Positions 49,196 to 62,931 of a DNA stretch of 64,000 nucleotides are shown here, in pieces (within the stretch, counting starts at the first letter, position 1; every line of letters begins with the position of its first letter). This DNA is from Rhodocyclaceae bacterium. Its GTDB lineage: Bacteria; Pseudomonadota; Gammaproteobacteria; Burkholderiales; Rhodocyclaceae. Position numbers and translations under genes: made by a program. The stretch lies in assembly GCA_041916775.1 (NCBI GenBank), contig JAYRYZ010000001.1:295825-359824 (forward strand), given 5' to 3'. The notes beneath the pieces were generated by a model, which was not told where the DNA came from, made no database searches, and saw only the letters and a list, made by a program, of their open reading frames with translations.

Positions 49196-49259
49196 GCTGG
49201 TTCTCTGGGGTTGGGCGACGCCACCGATCGGGTGGGCGTCGGGTTGCTTTGAACGGTAA

Positions 49260-50660
<1,401 letters not shown>

Positions 50661-50677
50661 GCGGGGAGGACCGGCGC

Positions 50678-50995
50678 ATGGCTTTCGCGGACAACCTCAA
50701 GCAGCTACCCAAGGTGTCGCATCTCGCGGCACTGAACCTGATCGACGACACCGATGAGGTGGTCGCGACGATAGAGAACAAGGCCGGCCAGGCCGGCTCG
50801 CTGGCGGTATACAACCATCTCGCGCAGGTTCATGGCGCGATCACGCCCGATGCGGCGAAGAAGGGGCTGGAGCTCTACGCCGAGCACAGCGAGGATGCAC
50901 GTCTCAATCCCGGCAAGCATCCCAACATCGACCGCCTGATCGGCCTCATCGAGCGCAACCAGACCCTGCGGGTGAAGCAGGTCTTCGCGGTCTGA
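50678..50995 (+). CDS. conserved hypothetical 105-aa protein downstream of purB
   Basis: compact ORF 18 nt after purB, followed by a strong hairpin; no assignable motif. Confidence 0.55.
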   Translation: MAFADNLKQLPKVSHLAALNLIDDTDEVVATIENKAGQAGSLAVYNHLAQVHGAITPDAAKKGLELYAEHSEDARLNPGKHPNIDRLIGLIERNQTLRVKQVFAV

Positions 50996-51039
50996 CCCGC
51001 TAGCGCAGCCTCGGGAGCCCTGACGACAATCCGGGCCAC

Positions 51040-51084
51040 AATGCAATCGGGCGCCCCTGGTGAAAGTGGGCGCCCGATTGCATT
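51040..51084. terminator. perfect 17-bp-stem hairpin AATGCAATCGGGCGCCC-N11-GGGCGCCCGATTGCATT between convergent genes (likely bidirectional terminator, no U-tract)
   Basis: arms 51040-51056 and 51068-51084 exactly reverse-complementary; sits between the 50678-50995 (+) ORF and secF (-) ends. Confidence 0.5.
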
Positions 51085-51109
51085 CGTGAATCCCGAGGCA
51101 TGCTGTGGC

Positions 51110-52042
51110 TTACACCACTGCTTCTTCCTTTTCCTTCTTGGGCTTCACGAACTGCTCGCGCGACACGCCCAGCCACATCACCAGCGGTGCGGCGACCAGC
51201 ACCGACGAGTAGATGCCGAAGACGATGCCGATCACGAGCGCGAGCGCAAAGTAATACAGCGTCTCACCGCCGAAGATCAGCATCGCCAGCACCATCGCCA
51301 GCGTGCTGCCATGGGTGATCATGGTGCGCGAAATCGTGGCGGTGATCGCATGGTCGAGCACCTGCGGGGTGGTCATGCCGCGCTTTTTCTTGAAGGTCTC
51401 GCGCACGCGGTCGAACACCACAACCGACTCGTTCACCGAGTAGCCCAGCACCGCGAGCACGGCAGCGAGCACCGCAAGCGAGAACTCCCACTGGAAGAAC
51501 GCGAAGAAGCCGACGATGATGATCACGTCGTGCATGTTGGCGATGATCGCCGAGACCGAGAAACGCCACTCGAAGCGCATCGCGAGGTAGATCATGATGC
51601 CGGCGAGCACCATCAGCAACGCCATTGCGCCGTTCTCGGCGAGCTCCTTGCCGACCTGCGGCCCGACGAACTCCACCCGCCGCAGTTCGGGCTTGGGGCC
51701 GGCCACGCTGTTGAGCGTGGCCATCACACGGTCGGCGACGTCCTTGGATTCGAGACCGTCACGGTTGGGCAGGCGCACCAGGATGTCGCGCGAGCTGCCG
51801 AAGTTCTGCACCTGTGCGTCGGCGTAGCCATCGCGCGCGAGCGCCGTACGGATCGGTTCGAGCTGAGGGGCCTCGGCATAGGTCACCTCGACCAGTGTGC
51901 CGCCGGTGAACTCCACCGACAGGTGCAGGCCCTTGAATACGATGAAGAACACCGCCAATACGAAGGTCACCATCGAGATGATGTTGAACTTCAGCGCATG
52001 GCGCATGAAGGGGATGTCTTTCTTGATGCGGAAGAATTCCAT
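51110..52042 (-). CDS. secF: protein translocase subunit SecF
   Basis: 310 aa; MEFFRIKKDIPFMRHALKFNIISMVTFVLAV... and RND-like TM bundle; follows secD. Confidence 0.95.
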   Translation of the reverse strand: MEFFRIKKDIPFMRHALKFNIISMVTFVLAVFFIVFKGLHLSVEFTGGTLVEVTYAEAPQLEPIRTALARDGYADAQVQNFGSSRDILVRLPNRDGLESKDVADRVMATLNSVAGPKPELRRVEFVGPQVGKELAENGAMALLMVLAGIMIYLAMRFEWRFSVSAIIANMHDVIIIVGFFAFFQWEFSLAVLAAVLAVLGYSVNESVVVFDRVRETFKKKRGMTTPQVLDHAITATISRTMITHGSTLAMVLAMLIFGGETLYYFALALVIGIVFGIYSSVLVAAPLVMWLGVSREQFVKPKKEKEEAVV

Positions 52043-52063
52043 GATCTGCTCCTTGCCCGGCGC

Positions 52064-53923
52064 TCAGTTGCCCGGTTTCCAGACCTGCCCGATCGATACC
52101 GAATCGATCTTGCGGCGACGTCCGTAGATGAAGTTCACCAGCATCCGCGATACCAGCACCGCGCTGAACATCGAGGTGAGGATGCCGAGGCAGTGCACCA
52201 CCGCGAAGCCACGCACCGGCCCGGAGCCGAACACCAGCAGCGCGACACCGGCGATGAGGGTGGTGATGTTGGAGTCGAGGATGGTGTCGAAGGCGCGGTC
52301 GTAGCCTGCTGCGATCGCAGCCTGCGGCGGAACGCCGTTGCGCAGTTCCTCGCGGATGCGTTCGTTGATCAGCACGTTGGCGTCGATCGCCATGCCGAGC
52401 GTGAGCGCCATCGCAGCGATGCCGGGCAGCGTCAGCGTGGCCTGCAGGAGCGACAGCAGCGCGACCAGCAACATCAGGTTGGCCGCGAGCGCGATCACCG
52501 ACACGGTGCCGAACAGTGCGTAGTAGACGATCATGAACACCGCAATCACGACGAAGCCCCACAGCGTGGAGTTGAAGCCCTTGGCGATGTTCTCCGCGCC
52601 GAGGCTGGGGCCGACGGTGCGCTCCTCGATGATCTCCATCGGGGCGGCAAGGCTGCCGGCGCGCAGCAGCAGCGCGACGTCGGTGGCCTCGGTGGTGGTC
52701 ATGCGGCCGGAGATCTGCACGCGGCCGCCGCCGATCTCGGTACGGATCACCGGCGCGGTGACGACCTCGCCCTTGCCCTTTTCGATCAGCAGGATCGCCA
52801 TGCGCTTGCCGACGTTCTCGCGCGTGACGTCGCGGAAGATGCGCGCACCGGCAGCATCAAGCGTGAGGTGCACCGCGGGTTCGTTGGTCTGGCCATCGAA
52901 GCCGGGCTGGGCGTCGGTGAGGCGGTCTCCGGTGAGCACAACCTGGTTGCGAACCAGCAGCTGGCTGCCGCCGCGCTCGGTGTAGATCTCGGTACCGAGC
53001 GGCACCTGGCCGGCCAGCGCGGATTCGAGTGCGCCCGGGGTGTCGTCGACCATGCGTACCTCCAGCGTCGCCGTGCGGCCGAGGATGTCCTTGGCCTTGG
53101 CCACGTCCTGCACGCCCGGCAACTGCACGACGATGCGTTCCGCGCCCTGCTGCTGGATGACTGGCTCGGCGACGCCGAGTTCGTTGATGCGGTTGTGCAG
53201 GGTGGTGATGTTCTGCTTGAGCGCGAAGTCACGCATCGTCTGCTGGGCCTGCGGCGTGAGCGTTGCGATCAGCCGCAGCTCGCCCGGGCCGTCGTCGCGG
53301 TCGGTGAGCTGCAGGTCATTGGTGCTGTCGCTGATGGCCTTGCGCGCCGCCTCGCGCTGCGCAGCATCGCGAAAGCGCACATGCACCGTGTTGCCTTCAC
53401 GGCTGATGCCGGCGTGGCGCACGCTCTTGTCGCGCATCAGGGTGCGCAGGTCGCCGGCGGTGGCGTCCATGCGCTTCACCAGTGCGCCCGGCATGTCCAC
53501 CTCGAGCAGGAAATGCACGCCGCCGCGCAGATCCAGCCCCAGGTACATCGGCAGCGCGCCGATCGAGGTGAGCCAGTTGGGCGAGGCCGAAAGCAGGTTG
53601 AGCGCGACGACGTAGGTGGGGTCCTTCGGGTCGGGGTTCAGCCGGCTCTCGATCAGGTCCTTCGCGCGCAGTTGGTTGTCGGTGCTGTCGAAACGGAAGC
53701 GGATGCTTGTGGCGTCAATGAACATGCCCTGGTGGGCAATGCCCGCAGCTGCGAGGGTGTCCTCGATCGGCTTGGCGAGTGCGGCATCGACCTTCACGGT
53801 GGCCTTGGCGCTGGATACCTGGACTGCGGGTACTTCGCCGTAGAAGTTCGGCAGCGTGTAGATCAGACCGAAGAACAGGACCACGCAGATCAGGATGTTC
53901 TTCCACAGCGGATATCGGTTCAT
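52064..53923 (-). CDS. secD: protein translocase subunit SecD
   Basis: 619 aa; MNRYPLWKNILICVVLFFGLIYTLPNFYGE N-terminus typical of SecD; large periplasmic domain. Confidence 0.95.
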   Translation of the reverse strand: MNRYPLWKNILICVVLFFGLIYTLPNFYGEVPAVQVSSAKATVKVDAALAKPIEDTLAAAGIAHQGMFIDATSIRFRFDSTDNQLRAKDLIESRLNPDPKDPTYVVALNLLSASPNWLTSIGALPMYLGLDLRGGVHFLLEVDMPGALVKRMDATAGDLRTLMRDKSVRHAGISREGNTVHVRFRDAAQREAARKAISDSTNDLQLTDRDDGPGELRLIATLTPQAQQTMRDFALKQNITTLHNRINELGVAEPVIQQQGAERIVVQLPGVQDVAKAKDILGRTATLEVRMVDDTPGALESALAGQVPLGTEIYTERGGSQLLVRNQVVLTGDRLTDAQPGFDGQTNEPAVHLTLDAAGARIFRDVTRENVGKRMAILLIEKGKGEVVTAPVIRTEIGGGRVQISGRMTTTEATDVALLLRAGSLAAPMEIIEERTVGPSLGAENIAKGFNSTLWGFVVIAVFMIVYYALFGTVSVIALAANLMLLVALLSLLQATLTLPGIAAMALTLGMAIDANVLINERIREELRNGVPPQAAIAAGYDRAFDTILDSNITTLIAGVALLVFGSGPVRGFAVVHCLGILTSMFSAVLVSRMLVNFIYGRRRKIDSVSIGQVWKPGN

Positions 53924-54122
53924 GACTTTAGCAGTGGGTGGTTGTGACGAGGTGCGGGGCGTCCCGCACGGGGGTGGGGCGTGCGCGACGCGGCGGCGGC
54001 TGGGCGCTGCGCGTGTGGCGCACTGGCATGTCTTCGCGGTGGATGTGGTGCAGGGCTGGCACTCTGCAGCAGGCCGGCGTCCGGCGAGCCTGAAGTGGAT
54101 CCGGGCTCGCCATGATGCCGGG

Positions 54123-54446
54123 TCAGAGACCCTTCAGCGTGCCCTTGGGCAGGACGGTGGCAACTGCCTGGCGCTGGACCAGGATGTTCACCTTGTCGGC
54201 AACCTCGATGTGCAGGAAGCTGTCCCCGAGTTCGACGACGCGACCCGCCATGCCGCCCTGCGTGACCACTTCGTCGCCCTTTGCGAGCGCTTCGACCATG
54301 GCCTTGTGCTCCTTGGCGCGTTTCATCTGCGGCCGGATCATCAGGAACCACAGCACGATGAACATCAGGACCAGCGGCAGCAGCCCCATCAGGCCACCGG
54401 TCGGATCCCCACCAGCGGCTTGCGCATAAGCGTTGGAAATGAACAC
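54123..54446 (-). CDS. yajC: preprotein translocase subunit YajC
   Basis: 107 aa; LLPLVLMFIVLWFLMIRPQMKRAKEHKAM YajC signature. Confidence 0.9.
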   Translation of the reverse strand: MFISNAYAQAAGGDPTGGLMGLLPLVLMFIVLWFLMIRPQMKRAKEHKAMVEALAKGDEVVTQGGMAGRVVELGDSFLHIEVADKVNILVQRQAVATVLPKGTLKGL

Positions 54447-54526
54447 TCTGAACTCCAGTTGAATTTACAGAACAGCGGATTATAGCAGCTCAATGTTGCG
54501 AACCTCGCGTGCGACCCGAGCGCTCA

Positions 54527-56672
<2,146 letters not shown>

Positions 56673-56718
56673 GCGCTTGATGCGTTCGGGGTTCTTGTGG
56701 ATAATGATGGGCTTCCCA

Positions 56719-56803
56719 GCCGGGATGGCGGAATCGGTAGACGCAGCGGATTCAAAATCCGCCGCCGCAAGGTGTGGGGGTTCGAGTCCCCCTCCCGGCA
56801 CCA
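56719..56803 (+). tRNA. tRNA-Leu (anticodon CAA), type II with long variable arm, CCA encoded
   Basis: acceptor GCCGGGA/TCCCGGC, 3-bp D stem, anticodon stem GCGGA/TCCGC with loop TTCAAAA, variable arm CGCCGCAAGGTGT, T arm GGGGG-TTCGAGT-CCCCC, discriminator A + CCA. Confidence 0.85.
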
Positions 56804-56948
56804 CAGCCTCGGGTCGCAAGCAGACCGCGGTTTCGCTCTGGCGTTCCAGCCGTGATTGAGCGTCCCTTCCGCGTCAGCGCTGCGAGGGGCGCGATTATAG
56901 GCTGAAGCAGCGACACTTGGCGTGCCCGGCTTCAGCCTTGCCTCTGGA

Positions 56949-57845
56949 TCAAGTCCTCGCATCGGTGATGTCGGTCAGCCCGCTGATCGCCTGTACCGCC
57001 GGATGCGCGAGACGTCGTTCCACCGAGATCGCATAGACCGACTCATGCACCCCCGGTGCCTGGCCGAACGCTCGCACGTGGTATTGCGCTTCGACCTGGG
57101 CGGCGATGTGGCTGGGTGCGGGGAACACGCCCACACCGCTCTCACCGAAGGCCTTCATCAAGGCGCTGTCGTCGAACTCGCCGACGATTCGCGGCGACAG
57201 CTTCTCCTGCTTCAGCCAGTGCAGCAAGGGTCGGCGCAATGCCGCGTCGGCGCCGGGCAGTAGCATGGGCAGGTGGTTCAGGCATTCGGGAAACGTCTCG
57301 TCGAGCTTCTCGCCGAGCGCTGGCGACGCAAAGAAGCTGACCGAAGATTCGAACACCTTGTGGCTGAAGCCGCGCACGTCCATGTCCGCGGGCAGCGGCC
57401 GATCGGCGAGCACGACGTCGAGCTTGTGGATCGCCAGTTCGCCGAGCAGGCGCTCCAGTTTGTCCTCGCGGCACATGATCCGCACCGGCTCGCTGAGCTG
57501 CATCGCAGGGCTCAACACCAGCGCGGCGATCGCCTTGGGTACGACGTCCGCGACGCCGACGCGGAACGGGATCGCACGCCCGCTGGCGCGATTCTTCAGC
57601 GCCGCCTCGAGCTCGGCGCCGATGCTGAAGATCTCCTCGGCATAGGCCTGCACCATCTGCCCGGTCTCGGTCAGCGCCAGTCTGCGCCCCTGGCGGCGGA
57701 ACAGGGTGACGCCGAGGTCGGCCTCCAGCGTGGCGATCTGGCCGGAGAGGGTCTGGGGCGCCAGGCCCGAGCGCTCGCTCGCCCGGGTGATGCCGCCGGC
57801 GCGCGCGACGCTCCAGAAGTGGTGTAGCTGCTTGTAGTTGATCAT
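56949..57845 (-). CDS. LysR-family transcriptional regulator (NhaR-like N-terminus)
   Basis: 298 aa; MINYKQLHHFWSVARAGGITRASERSGLAPQTLSGQIATLE HTH typical of NhaR-type LysR regulators. Confidence 0.8.
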   Translation of the reverse strand: MINYKQLHHFWSVARAGGITRASERSGLAPQTLSGQIATLEADLGVTLFRRQGRRLALTETGQMVQAYAEEIFSIGAELEAALKNRASGRAIPFRVGVADVVPKAIAALVLSPAMQLSEPVRIMCREDKLERLLGELAIHKLDVVLADRPLPADMDVRGFSHKVFESSVSFFASPALGEKLDETFPECLNHLPMLLPGADAALRRPLLHWLKQEKLSPRIVGEFDDSALMKAFGESGVGVFPAPSHIAAQVEAQYHVRAFGQAPGVHESVYAISVERRLAHPAVQAISGLTDITDART

Positions 57846-58033
57846 GATGACTCTTCGGATAAACCGGAGAAAGATTCTGATGAACTCGTATTTTATCGGA
57901 TAGTCTTAGCGTACGATTCGCCAGCATCGACGTCGCCGTCATCCCGTGCGCAGTTCGCGCTGCAACGTCCGATCGAGTTGGTGAGGTTGGATTCGCCCGG
58001 ACAGGGCCTTGAACCCAGACTAGGAGAACTACC

Positions 58034-58699
58034 ATGGAAACCCGCAGCATCCCAATGAACCGTGCCGAAGCCTCGGTTCTATCGACCAACAAGGTCATCC
58101 GCAACACCTACACCCTGCTGTCGCTGACGCTGCTGTTCTCGGCGGTCACGGCGGGGCTGTCGGCGGCGCTGAAGCTGCCTCACCCCGGCATCATCATCAC
58201 GCTGGTGGGCTATTTCGGGCTGCTGTTCCTGACGATGAAGCTGCGTAACAGCGTTGGTGGTCTGTTCTCGGTGTTCGCGTTGACCGGCTTCATGGGCTAC
58301 ACGCTCGGCCCGATCATCTCCGCCTATCTGTCCCTGCCCAATGGTCACGCGATCGTGATGCAGGCGATGGGCGGTACGGCGGCGATCTTCCTTGGTCTGT
58401 CGGGATATGCGCTGACCACCCGCAAGGATTTCTCCTTCATGGGTGGTTTCCTGATGGTCGGCATCCTGGTGGCCTTCCTCGCCGGCCTGGGGGCGATCTT
58501 CTTCGAGATCCCGGCGCTGTCGCTGGCGGTGTCCGCGATGTTTGTGCTCTTGATGTCCGGCCTCATCCTTTATGAGACGAGCAACATCATCCACGGTGGC
58601 GAGACCAACTACATCATGGCAACGGTGTCGCTGTATGTGTCGATCTACAATCTCTTCACCAGCCTGTTGCACCTGCTTGGCTTCATGAATAGCGATTGA
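58034..58699 (+). CDS. Bax inhibitor-1/YccA-family membrane protein (FtsH modulator-like)
   Basis: 221 aa, 7 TM helices, AGGAGA RBS; LRNTYTLLSLTLLFSAVTA... typical BI-1/YccA. Confidence 0.8.
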   Translation: METRSIPMNRAEASVLSTNKVIRNTYTLLSLTLLFSAVTAGLSAALKLPHPGIIITLVGYFGLLFLTMKLRNSVGGLFSVFALTGFMGYTLGPIISAYLSLPNGHAIVMQAMGGTAAIFLGLSGYALTTRKDFSFMGGFLMVGILVAFLAGLGAIFFEIPALSLAVSAMFVLLMSGLILYETSNIIHGGETNYIMATVSLYVSIYNLFTSLLHLLGFMNSD

Positions 58700-58840
58700 T
58701 CGCACCTCGTTCGAAGCGGTTGTGGGCAAAGGCGGCGCGAGCCGCCTTTGCCGTTTTCCGGCGCCTGGCATGTGCTCGCGTGCTGCGTCGCAATGCGGCT
58801 GCGGGTACAATGAGCGTCCTTTGTTAGCTGGAAATGGCAG

Positions 58841-59806
58841 ATGAAGATCGCCTTTCTCGATTTCGAACAGTCGATTGCCGAGCTCGAGGCGAAGATCGAC
58901 CAGTTGCGCTTCGTCCAGGACGACCCTGCAGTCGATATCTCCGGAGAGATCGCGCGGCTGGAGAAGAAGAGCCTGGGCCTTGCGAAGGATCTCTACGCCA
59001 AGCTCACGCCGTGGCAGATTTCTCAGGTGGCGCGCCACCCGCAGCGCCCCTACACGCTCGATTACGTGCGCCTGATGTTCACCGACTTCGATGAGTTGCA
59101 CGGCGATCGTGCCTTTGCCGACGATCGCGCCATCGTTGGCGGGCTCGCGCGTTTCAACGGGCAGAGCTGTGTGGTGATCGGGCACCAGAAGGGGCGCGAC
59201 ACCAAGGAAAAGATCCTGCGCAACTTCGGCATGCCGCGCCCCGAAGGCTATCGCAAGGCGCTCAGGCTGATGCGCCTCGCGGAGAAGTTCGGCATCCCGG
59301 TGTTCACCTTTGTCGATACGCCGGGCGCCTATCCAGGTATCGGCGCCGAAGAGCGCGGGCAGTCGGAGGCCATCGGGCACAACCTCTATGTGATGGCCGA
59401 GCTCAAGGTGCCGATCATTTCCACCGTGATCGGCGAGGGCGGCTCCGGGGGGGCGCTGGCGATTGCAGTGGCCGATCAGCTTCTGATGTTGCAGTACTCG
59501 ACCTATTCGGTGATCTCGCCCGAGGGGTGCGCGTCCATCCTGTGGAAGAGTGCGGACAAGGCCGCGCTCGCGGCCGAGGCGATGGGAATCACCGCGCCGC
59601 GCCTCAAGGCGCTGGGGCTGATAGACGAGGTTGTGACCGAGCCGATCGGCGGCGCGCAACGCGATCATGCCGCGATGGCGCAGTCGCTCAAGGGGGCGCT
59701 GCAGGACGCATTGCGCCAGGTGGCGGACCTCTCGCCGGCGGAGTTGGTCGAGCGCCGGCTTGCGCGCCTCATGAGCTATGGCAAGTTCAAGGACAAGGCG
59801 GCCTGA
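58841..59806 (+). CDS. accA: acetyl-CoA carboxylase carboxyltransferase subunit alpha
   Basis: 321 aa; [24 protein letters not shown] and carboxyltransferase core highly similar to AccA. Confidence 0.95.
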   Translation: MKIAFLDFEQSIAELEAKIDQLRFVQDDPAVDISGEIARLEKKSLGLAKDLYAKLTPWQISQVARHPQRPYTLDYVRLMFTDFDELHGDRAFADDRAIVGGLARFNGQSCVVIGHQKGRDTKEKILRNFGMPRPEGYRKALRLMRLAEKFGIPVFTFVDTPGAYPGIGAEERGQSEAIGHNLYVMAELKVPIISTVIGEGGSGGALAIAVADQLLMLQYSTYSVISPEGCASILWKSADKAALAAEAMGITAPRLKALGLIDEVVTEPIGGAQRDHAAMAQSLKGALQDALRQVADLSPAELVERRLARLMSYGKFKDKAA

Positions 59807-61145
59807 GACGGCGCTTGTCGAGCATGTCGAGGCTGTGCTTGCCCGGGCTGGCGTCGCGGCAGGGCGACGGGTATGTCTGGCGCTCAGCGGCGGCATGGAT
59901 TCCATGGTCTTGCTCGCCGTTCTGGTCGAGTCGCGCGCCCGCAGTGGAATCGTACTTGCTGCAGCACATGTTCATCACGGCCTGAGTCCGAACGCCGATG
60001 CCTGGGCGGAATTCTGCCGGCGGCAATGCCGCCTGTTCGATGTGCCGCTTCAGGTCCTGCGAGTCGAGGTGGCGCGCGATACCGGTGCCGGGTTGGAGAG
60101 CGCGGCGCGCGATGCGCGCCTGCTTGCGTTGGGTGCGGTCGCGGCCGACTGGCTCGTGTTCGCACATCATCGTGACGATCAGGCGGAGACGGTGCTGTTC
60201 AGGCTGGCGCGCGGCGCTGGTGTATCGGGCGCGGCGGCGATGCAGGAGGTCGAGCCGGGGGCGCCCGGTCGCCTGCGCCCGCTGCTCGAGGTGCGGCGCA
60301 GAGAACTCGCCGCATGGGCGGCGGCCCGCCGGCTGGAGTGGGTCGAGGATGAGAGCAATGCGGATATCCGCCATGCGCGCAACCGCCTGCGCTTGCGGGT
60401 ATTGCCTGAGTTGGAGCAGGCGGTGCCGGGTGCGTCGCAATCGCTGGCGCGGGCTGCAGCCAATTTTCGCGACTCCGAACGGCTGCTCGATGATCTGGCG
60501 GAGTTCGATGACGAGTGCGCAAGGATGGGTGGGGTCGCGTGGCGTCGCTCGGCCTTGCTTGCCATGCCGGACAGGCGGCTGGCCAATCTGCTGCGCTGGC
60601 GGTTGAAGCGGGACCGGGTGCGTGCGCCATCGCGGGCGATGCTCCTGGAGTGCATTCGGCAGTTGCGCGCCGCTGCCGGGGATGTGCTGCTGGCGATCGG
60701 GGCGTGTGCACTCGCCACCCATCGGGATGTGGTGTTGTGGCTGGTGCGTGCCGATTGCGCCGTGCCCGCGCCGCGAGCGTGGGACGGAAGCGCTCCGATG
60801 CAGTGGGGTTTGGGGGCGCTGAGGGCTGCGGCGGCGAACGGTCTCGGGCTCGATGCGGGTCGTTTCGCACGCGAGCGAGGCTTGGTCGTTCGTACTCGCT
60901 GGCCGGGGCTCCGCATGCGCGTTGCGATTGGCCGGCCGCGCCGGACCTTCAAGAACCTGTGTCAGGAGGCAGGTATTCCCGAGTGGTTGCGCCCGCAATT
61001 GCCCGTTTTGTGCGTTGACGGTGCCCCGGTCTGGATCGCCGGAATCGGAGTCGCGGCGGAGTGGCGCTGTCCCCCGGGTGTGCCCGGGCTGCTGCCCGAG
61101 TGGTCGGCTGTGGGCTTGCTGGGGACCGATATCGCGGTCTCCTGA
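59778..61145 (+). CDS. tilS: tRNA(Ile)-lysidine synthetase
   Basis: 455 aa; PP-loop SGGMDS; overlaps accA 3' end by 29 nt (start may be slightly downstream). Confidence 0.8.
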   Translation: MASSRTRRPETALVEHVEAVLARAGVAAGRRVCLALSGGMDSMVLLAVLVESRARSGIVLAAAHVHHGLSPNADAWAEFCRRQCRLFDVPLQVLRVEVARDTGAGLESAARDARLLALGAVAADWLVFAHHRDDQAETVLFRLARGAGVSGAAAMQEVEPGAPGRLRPLLEVRRRELAAWAAARRLEWVEDESNADIRHARNRLRLRVLPELEQAVPGASQSLARAAANFRDSERLLDDLAEFDDECARMGGVAWRRSALLAMPDRRLANLLRWRLKRDRVRAPSRAMLLECIRQLRAAAGDVLLAIGACALATHRDVVLWLVRADCAVPAPRAWDGSAPMQWGLGALRAAAANGLGLDAGRFARERGLVVRTRWPGLRMRVAIGRPRRTFKNLCQEAGIPEWLRPQLPVLCVDGAPVWIAGIGVAAEWRCPPGVPGLLPEWSAVGLLGTDIAVS

Positions 61146-61273
61146 TCGTCTCCGGCTGGTGGCATGCCGTATCTGCTGACAATTTGTTGATGAATTCGTC
61201 GGCGCGCGTTGCGCTTGCTGCTAAAATCTCGGGTTTGACTTCAATCACCCATAATTCACTGGAGAACAGCCAA

Positions 61274-61699
61274 ATGGCCATCGAACGCACCCTTTCCATC
61301 ATCAAGCCGGATGCCGTCGCCAAGAACGTGATCGGCAAGATCTATCAACGCTTCGAGGACGCGGGCCTGAAGATCATCGCCTCGAAGATGGCCTACCTGT
61401 CGGCCAATGAAGCCGGTCAGTTCTACGCAGTGCACAAGGAGCGTCCCTTCTTCAAGGATCTGGTGAGCTTCATGACCTCCGGCCCGGTGATGATCCAGGT
61501 GCTGGAAGGCGAGAGCGCGATCGCCAAGAACCGCGAGCTGATGGGCGCGACCGATCCGAAGAAGGCCGACAAAGGTACCATTCGTGCCGATTTCGCCGAT
61601 TCGATCGACGCGAATGCGGTGCATGGCTCGGATGCACCCGAGACTGCCGCGGTCGAGATCGCGTTCTTCTTCCCGGGCATGAACGTCTATTCCCGCTGA
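61274..61699 (+). CDS. ndk: nucleoside diphosphate kinase
   Basis: 141 aa; [15 protein letters not shown]...NAVHGSDA with active-site His; GGAGAA RBS; listed ORF from 61061 is an upstream extension. Confidence 0.95.
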   Translation: MAIERTLSIIKPDAVAKNVIGKIYQRFEDAGLKIIASKMAYLSANEAGQFYAVHKERPFFKDLVSFMTSGPVMIQVLEGESAIAKNRELMGATDPKKADKGTIRADFADSIDANAVHGSDAPETAAVEIAFFFPGMNVYSR

Positions 61700-61771
61700 A
61701 CGCAACCTGGTTCAGTGCGTGCGACGGTGGTCGTCCGGCCGCCGTCGCGGTGTACAGCTGGCTGTGAAGGC

Positions 61772-62917
61772 ATGAGCGCGTCCGTCAATCTTCTGGATTT
61801 CGATGTCGAAGGGCTCGTCGCATGGTTTGCCGAACGCGGCGAGAAGCCGTTTCGTGCGCGCCAGGTGCTGCGCTGGGTGCATCGCGAGGGGTGTGACGAC
61901 TTCGAAGCGATGAGCAACGTCGCGAAGTCGTTGCGTGCCCGCCTGCACGCCGAGGCGTGCGTGCGCCCGCCGGTGCCTGTGCGTGACAGCCTTTCCGCAG
62001 ACGGCACGCGCAAGTGGCTGCTCGACGTCGGCAATGCGAACGCGGTCGAGTGCGTGTTCATCCCGGAGCGCAACCGCGGCACCTTGTGCATCTCGTCACA
62101 GGCGGGTTGTGCGCTCGATTGCGCGTTTTGCTCTACTGGCAAGCAAGGGTTCAACCGCAACCTCTCCGCGGGTGAGATCATCGGTCAGTTGTGGCTCGCG
62201 AACCGTCTTCTCGGCGCCGCGGCAGGTGGTGACGAACACGCCTCCGCAAACGACGAGGACGGCGGCGACGGGCCAGGCAACGGCCGCGTGATCAGCAACG
62301 TGGTGATGATGGGCATGGGCGAGCCGCTCGCGAACTTCGACAACGTCGTCACCGCCCTGCGGTTGATGCTGGACGACCATGCGTACGGTCTGTCGCGCCG
62401 GCGTGTGACGGTATCGACGTCGGGAATCGTGCCCGCGATGGATCGCTTGCGGGACGAGTGCCCGGTCGCGCTTGCAGTGTCCTTGCATGCGCCGGACGAC
62501 GCCCTGCGCGACCGGCTCGTGCCGATCAACCAGAAGTACCCGCTGCGTGAGCTGATGGCCGCGTGCCGGCGCTATCTCGAGCGTGCGCCACGCGACTTTG
62601 TGACTTTCGAATATGTGATGCTCGACGGTGTCAACGACTCGGACGCGCATGCCCGCGCGCTGGTGTCGCTAGTGGCGGACGTTCCCTGCAAGTTCAACCT
62701 GATCCCTTTCAACCCGTTCCCCAATTCGCCGTTCCACCGCTCTCCGTCGGAACGCATCAAGCGATTTGCGGGCATACTGCTCAATGCTGGTGTCGTGACC
62801 ACCACGCGCAAGACGCGTGGCGACGATGTCGATGCGGCCTGCGGGCAACTTGCCGGGCAGGTCAAGGACAAATCCAGGCGCACCATCCGGCTGCGTGAGG
62901 AAGGGAGGACGGACTAG
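61772..62917 (+). CDS. rlmN: 23S rRNA/tRNA m2A methyltransferase RlmN (radical SAM)
   Basis: 381 aa from Met 61772; CALDCAFC radical-SAM cysteine cluster, MGMGEPL; about 20-aa Gly/Asp-rich insertion relative to E. coli RlmN. Confidence 0.9.
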   Translation: MSASVNLLDFDVEGLVAWFAERGEKPFRARQVLRWVHREGCDDFEAMSNVAKSLRARLHAEACVRPPVPVRDSLSADGTRKWLLDVGNANAVECVFIPERNRGTLCISSQAGCALDCAFCSTGKQGFNRNLSAGEIIGQLWLANRLLGAAAGGDEHASANDEDGGDGPGNGRVISNVVMMGMGEPLANFDNVVTALRLMLDDHAYGLSRRRVTVSTSGIVPAMDRLRDECPVALAVSLHAPDDALRDRLVPINQKYPLRELMAACRRYLERAPRDFVTFEYVMLDGVNDSDAHARALVSLVADVPCKFNLIPFNPFPNSPFHRSPSERIKRFAGILLNAGVVTTTRKTRGDDVDAACGQLAGQVKDKSRRTIRLREEGRTD

Positions 62918-62931
62918 TGCGAACGGTACAA

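Noticed and set aside
51041-53947. 968-aa plus-strand ORF
   Set aside because: Antisense to secF and secD, whose products are unmistakable. Arg/His/Asp-rich shadow frame.
54085-54113. GGCGAGCC...GGCTCGCC hairpin in the yajC-secD spacer
   Set aside because: Could be an attenuator within the yajC-secDF operon, but stem is short and GC-rich hairpins are frequent here. Left uncalled.
56899-56938. 10-bp inverted repeat AGGCTGAAGC...GCTTCAGCCT downstream of tRNA-Leu / LysR gene
   Set aside because: Possible weak terminator, but 20-nt loop and no U-tract. Not distinctive enough to call.
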